Source of the DNA: Raja brachyura
Lineage: Eukaryota
Reading direction: 5' to 3'
Assembly: GCA_963514005.1 (NCBI GenBank)
Contig: OY740798.1
Span: 51,894,001-51,958,000, forward strand
DNA length: 64,000 bases
Shown: piece after piece, positions 61,555-64,000 of the stretch
Position numbering within the stretch: the first letter of the stretch is position 1
Layout of the letters: each line of letters opens with the position of its first letter
Position numbers and translations under genes: made by a program
The notes under the pieces: generated by a model
Told to the model about the DNA's origin: nothing
The model's database searches: none
Seen by the model: the letters and a program-made list of their open reading frames with translations, nothing else

Positions 61555-63635
61555 GGCCTGAAATTCTAATTTTTGGCCAGATGAACCGGGTCGGTCTTGT
61601 TTTAATAACCCCTGTATGAGAAAGGTGTCTTGCTATTGGTAATACTCATGGCGTCCATACTTAATTTGTGTAAGGACTGGACCTGTTGTGCTGTTACAAG
61701 TGCCATTATCATTACCATCTTATATGTGAGTTTGTCCAAGGTGAGCCCCGTATGGGTGTCCATCCTCGTAACATAGTCAAGACTATGCTTATGTCCCACG
61801 TATGGTTATATCTGGGCCTAGGGGGATTAGAGTTAAATATTCCCCTCATAAGCTTAGACACTAGTGGGTGTGATCCTATTGCCAGATGATCACTCCCTCT
61901 GCCCAGATAATTTGATAGAGCACTCCTTACACAATTAATAGCACTGTAACTTAATCCTTCATCGAAATGAAGGGTAGCCAGAAACTCCAGCACTTCCGTG
62001 ATGGTGGCTGAGTCATATGTAGTGTTCGTCCTGGTGCAGAACACTTCCCATTTCCTGACATACGTCAGGTACTGTCTTCTGGTGGATGCATCTGCACGAT
62101 GCTGAGATGGCATTGATCATCCTGTCGGAGAGTCCGTATCCCAGAAATGGCCTTTTCAGAATATGCAAATTAATAAATCCATGCGGTCATGACACGGATG
62201 ACTATCCCCTGTAACGGAATGTACCAACAAACTCGGTCGTTTGTTTATCCGGATGCAGGGTTTTGTGGCCATCTTCTGTACTGCTGGGAACCATGGTTGG
62301 GTAGTCCAGTCGGGAACAACCAAAATACCCGTTGCGGAGTCTTGATTGATTTTCTGCAAGACCCAACTGATGAGACAGAAGGGGGGAAATGCATAGCAAA
62401 ACAAATCCCCCCAATGTAGCGAGAAAGCGTCCATCACTACTGCCCCAGGTCTGGTTCCCAAGCAACATATGTTGGAAGTTGGTGATTTAGCCTGGATGCA
62501 AAAAGGTTGATATCTGGTGTCCCATAACGTTCTATAATATCTGTAAACACTTTCCGATCCAACATTCATTCTATGTTGTCGTTGAATTTACGTGACCTGG
62601 TGTCTGCCACTGTACTTAGCTTACCTGGAAGGTAGTGGCTGAGATCCAAATCTCTCTTTCCAGACACCAGTGCCAGATATTATTAGCCAATTCATCACAT
62701 GATATCGACTTTATTCCACCCATATGATTAATATAGGCCACCACTGTGGTATTATCAATTTGTAATCTTACATGCAACTGGTGCATATCTGAACAGTAGG
62801 CCCTGAGTCCATGAAATGCTCGCAGCATTTCTAAATAATTAATCCCTAGTGTTTTGAATAGGGTTAATTCTTGTGCACTCCATCTGCCACCGCAACTTGT
62901 GGTGGTATTAGTTGCTCCCCAACCTTTAGCACTGGCATCAGTCTGTAATGTAACCGAGGGATTCATGATAGTGATGGGGTTAGAACAAAGCTGAGCATTT
63001 TCTATCCACCAATTTTATTCTGATTTTACCTTTCCTGGTAGTTCCATAGGCCTATCAAAATGGCCTGCATGATTTTTGAGAGCTAAGATTTTTGCTCTTT
63101 GAAGGTTTTGATAATGGAGTGGTCCAAATTGTGCTGCTGGGAATGCAGCCACTAATTTCCCAATCACTCTGGCTACTTGCCGTATGGAAGGATCCCTGAT
63201 GCCAGTGAGGTTTCTGCATGCTTCTATCAAGTCCACCACTTTGTTAGGTGGCAAGGTGATAGACATTAGCACAGAGTCAATAGTGAACCCCAAATAATCC
63301 ATGGTAGTGGAGGGATCCAATTCTGATTTATCTGGATGTATGATAAATCTTAGCTTTTGAAAAATATGTTTTGTGGCTGAAACTGCCAATGTAGCCATCT
63401 CCAATTTCTTACCTATAATGAGGATATCATCGAGGTAGGCCATAACAATATGGTTATGTTCCCTTAAATAAGCTAAAGCTGGTTTTAATATTTTTGTAAA
63501 CAGTCTGGGTGCTGATGACAACCCATTGGGTAAGGCTTTGTACTGCCATAACTGTCCCATCCAGATAAATTTTAGGTATTTCCGATGATCCTTGTGTATA
63601 GGTACTGAATAGTACGCATCATTAAGATCAATTTT

Positions 63636-64000
63636 AAGATAAAAAGGTTGACTCTATAGTCACTAATTTTGTTTGGGACTATAAAAGCCATAGAATAAAT
63701 AAAAAATATTTATGTAAATCGAAAATTAATGGAGGTTTAACATTACCTAATTTTATATATTATTACTGGTCAGTTAGTATTAAGAATATGAACTTTTGGT
63801 GGGTTGAACTGGATGAAAATCCAAACTGGTTACTTATGGAAAAGGAAGACTGCTTACCGTATGAAATCAGTTCCATATTATTTTCTAAAATTAAAATATT
63901 TAAGAAAATTTATCGTGAAAACCCAATAATTAATAGTGAAATTAATATTTGGAGACAGTTAAAAAGAACGTTAAAACTAGAAGATATCCCATTAGTTCTT
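63636..64000 (+). mobile_element. L1-clade LINE ORF2 C-terminal fragment
   Basis: FVWDYKSHRINKKYLCKSKINGGLTLPNFIYYYW matches the L1-type post-RT motif FIW..K..RI...L......GGL.LP.F..YY. Confidence 0.72.

Larger units (their letters stand above)
55976..63635 (-). mobile_element. DIRS1-type retrotransposon, 5'-truncated within RT, YR gene split by a Gypsy
   Basis: RT (IDLNDAY, LPNGLSSAP, YLDD), RNaseH (TDAS, NYLE, DNTT), N6-adenine methyltransferase-like (YAFPPF), YR (HSTR..TFQRFY); right terminus at 55976 inverted against ICR ~56197-56305. Confidence 0.92.

Overview
Repeat-rich vertebrate genomic DNA, almost certainly from an elasmobranch (skate/ray/shark), inferred from HE1-type V-SINEs, HER1/CR1 LINEs and Penelope repeats. 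The one host gene is on the + strand at 1-17.7 kb; its 5' part lies outside the window. It is a B7-H6 (NCR3LG1)-like immunoglobulin-superfamily gene: an extracellular-type C1 exon, a transmembrane exon, then SIX more C1-like Ig exons. All splice in frame at phase 1. The charge distribution around the TM predicts that these six Ig domains (~685 aa) are cytoplasmic, and 4 of the 6 have lost one canonical disulfide cysteine. This is the most striking observation. A 97%-identical inverted copy of the C1 exon sits at 34.3-34.7 kb, with a DIRS element inserted just after its donor. The rest is nested mobile DNA: an intact young Mag-type Gypsy inside a DIRS element, an older Gypsy of the same lineage inside a Penelope element (itself carrying CR1, MITE and Rex1/Babar insertions), a class I ERV remnant with a tRNA-Ser PBS, a non-autonomous Helitron, and tiny TSD-flanked Penelope-derived units with hammerhead-ribozyme motifs. 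There is one assembly gap. Repeat boundaries without TSDs are approximate.
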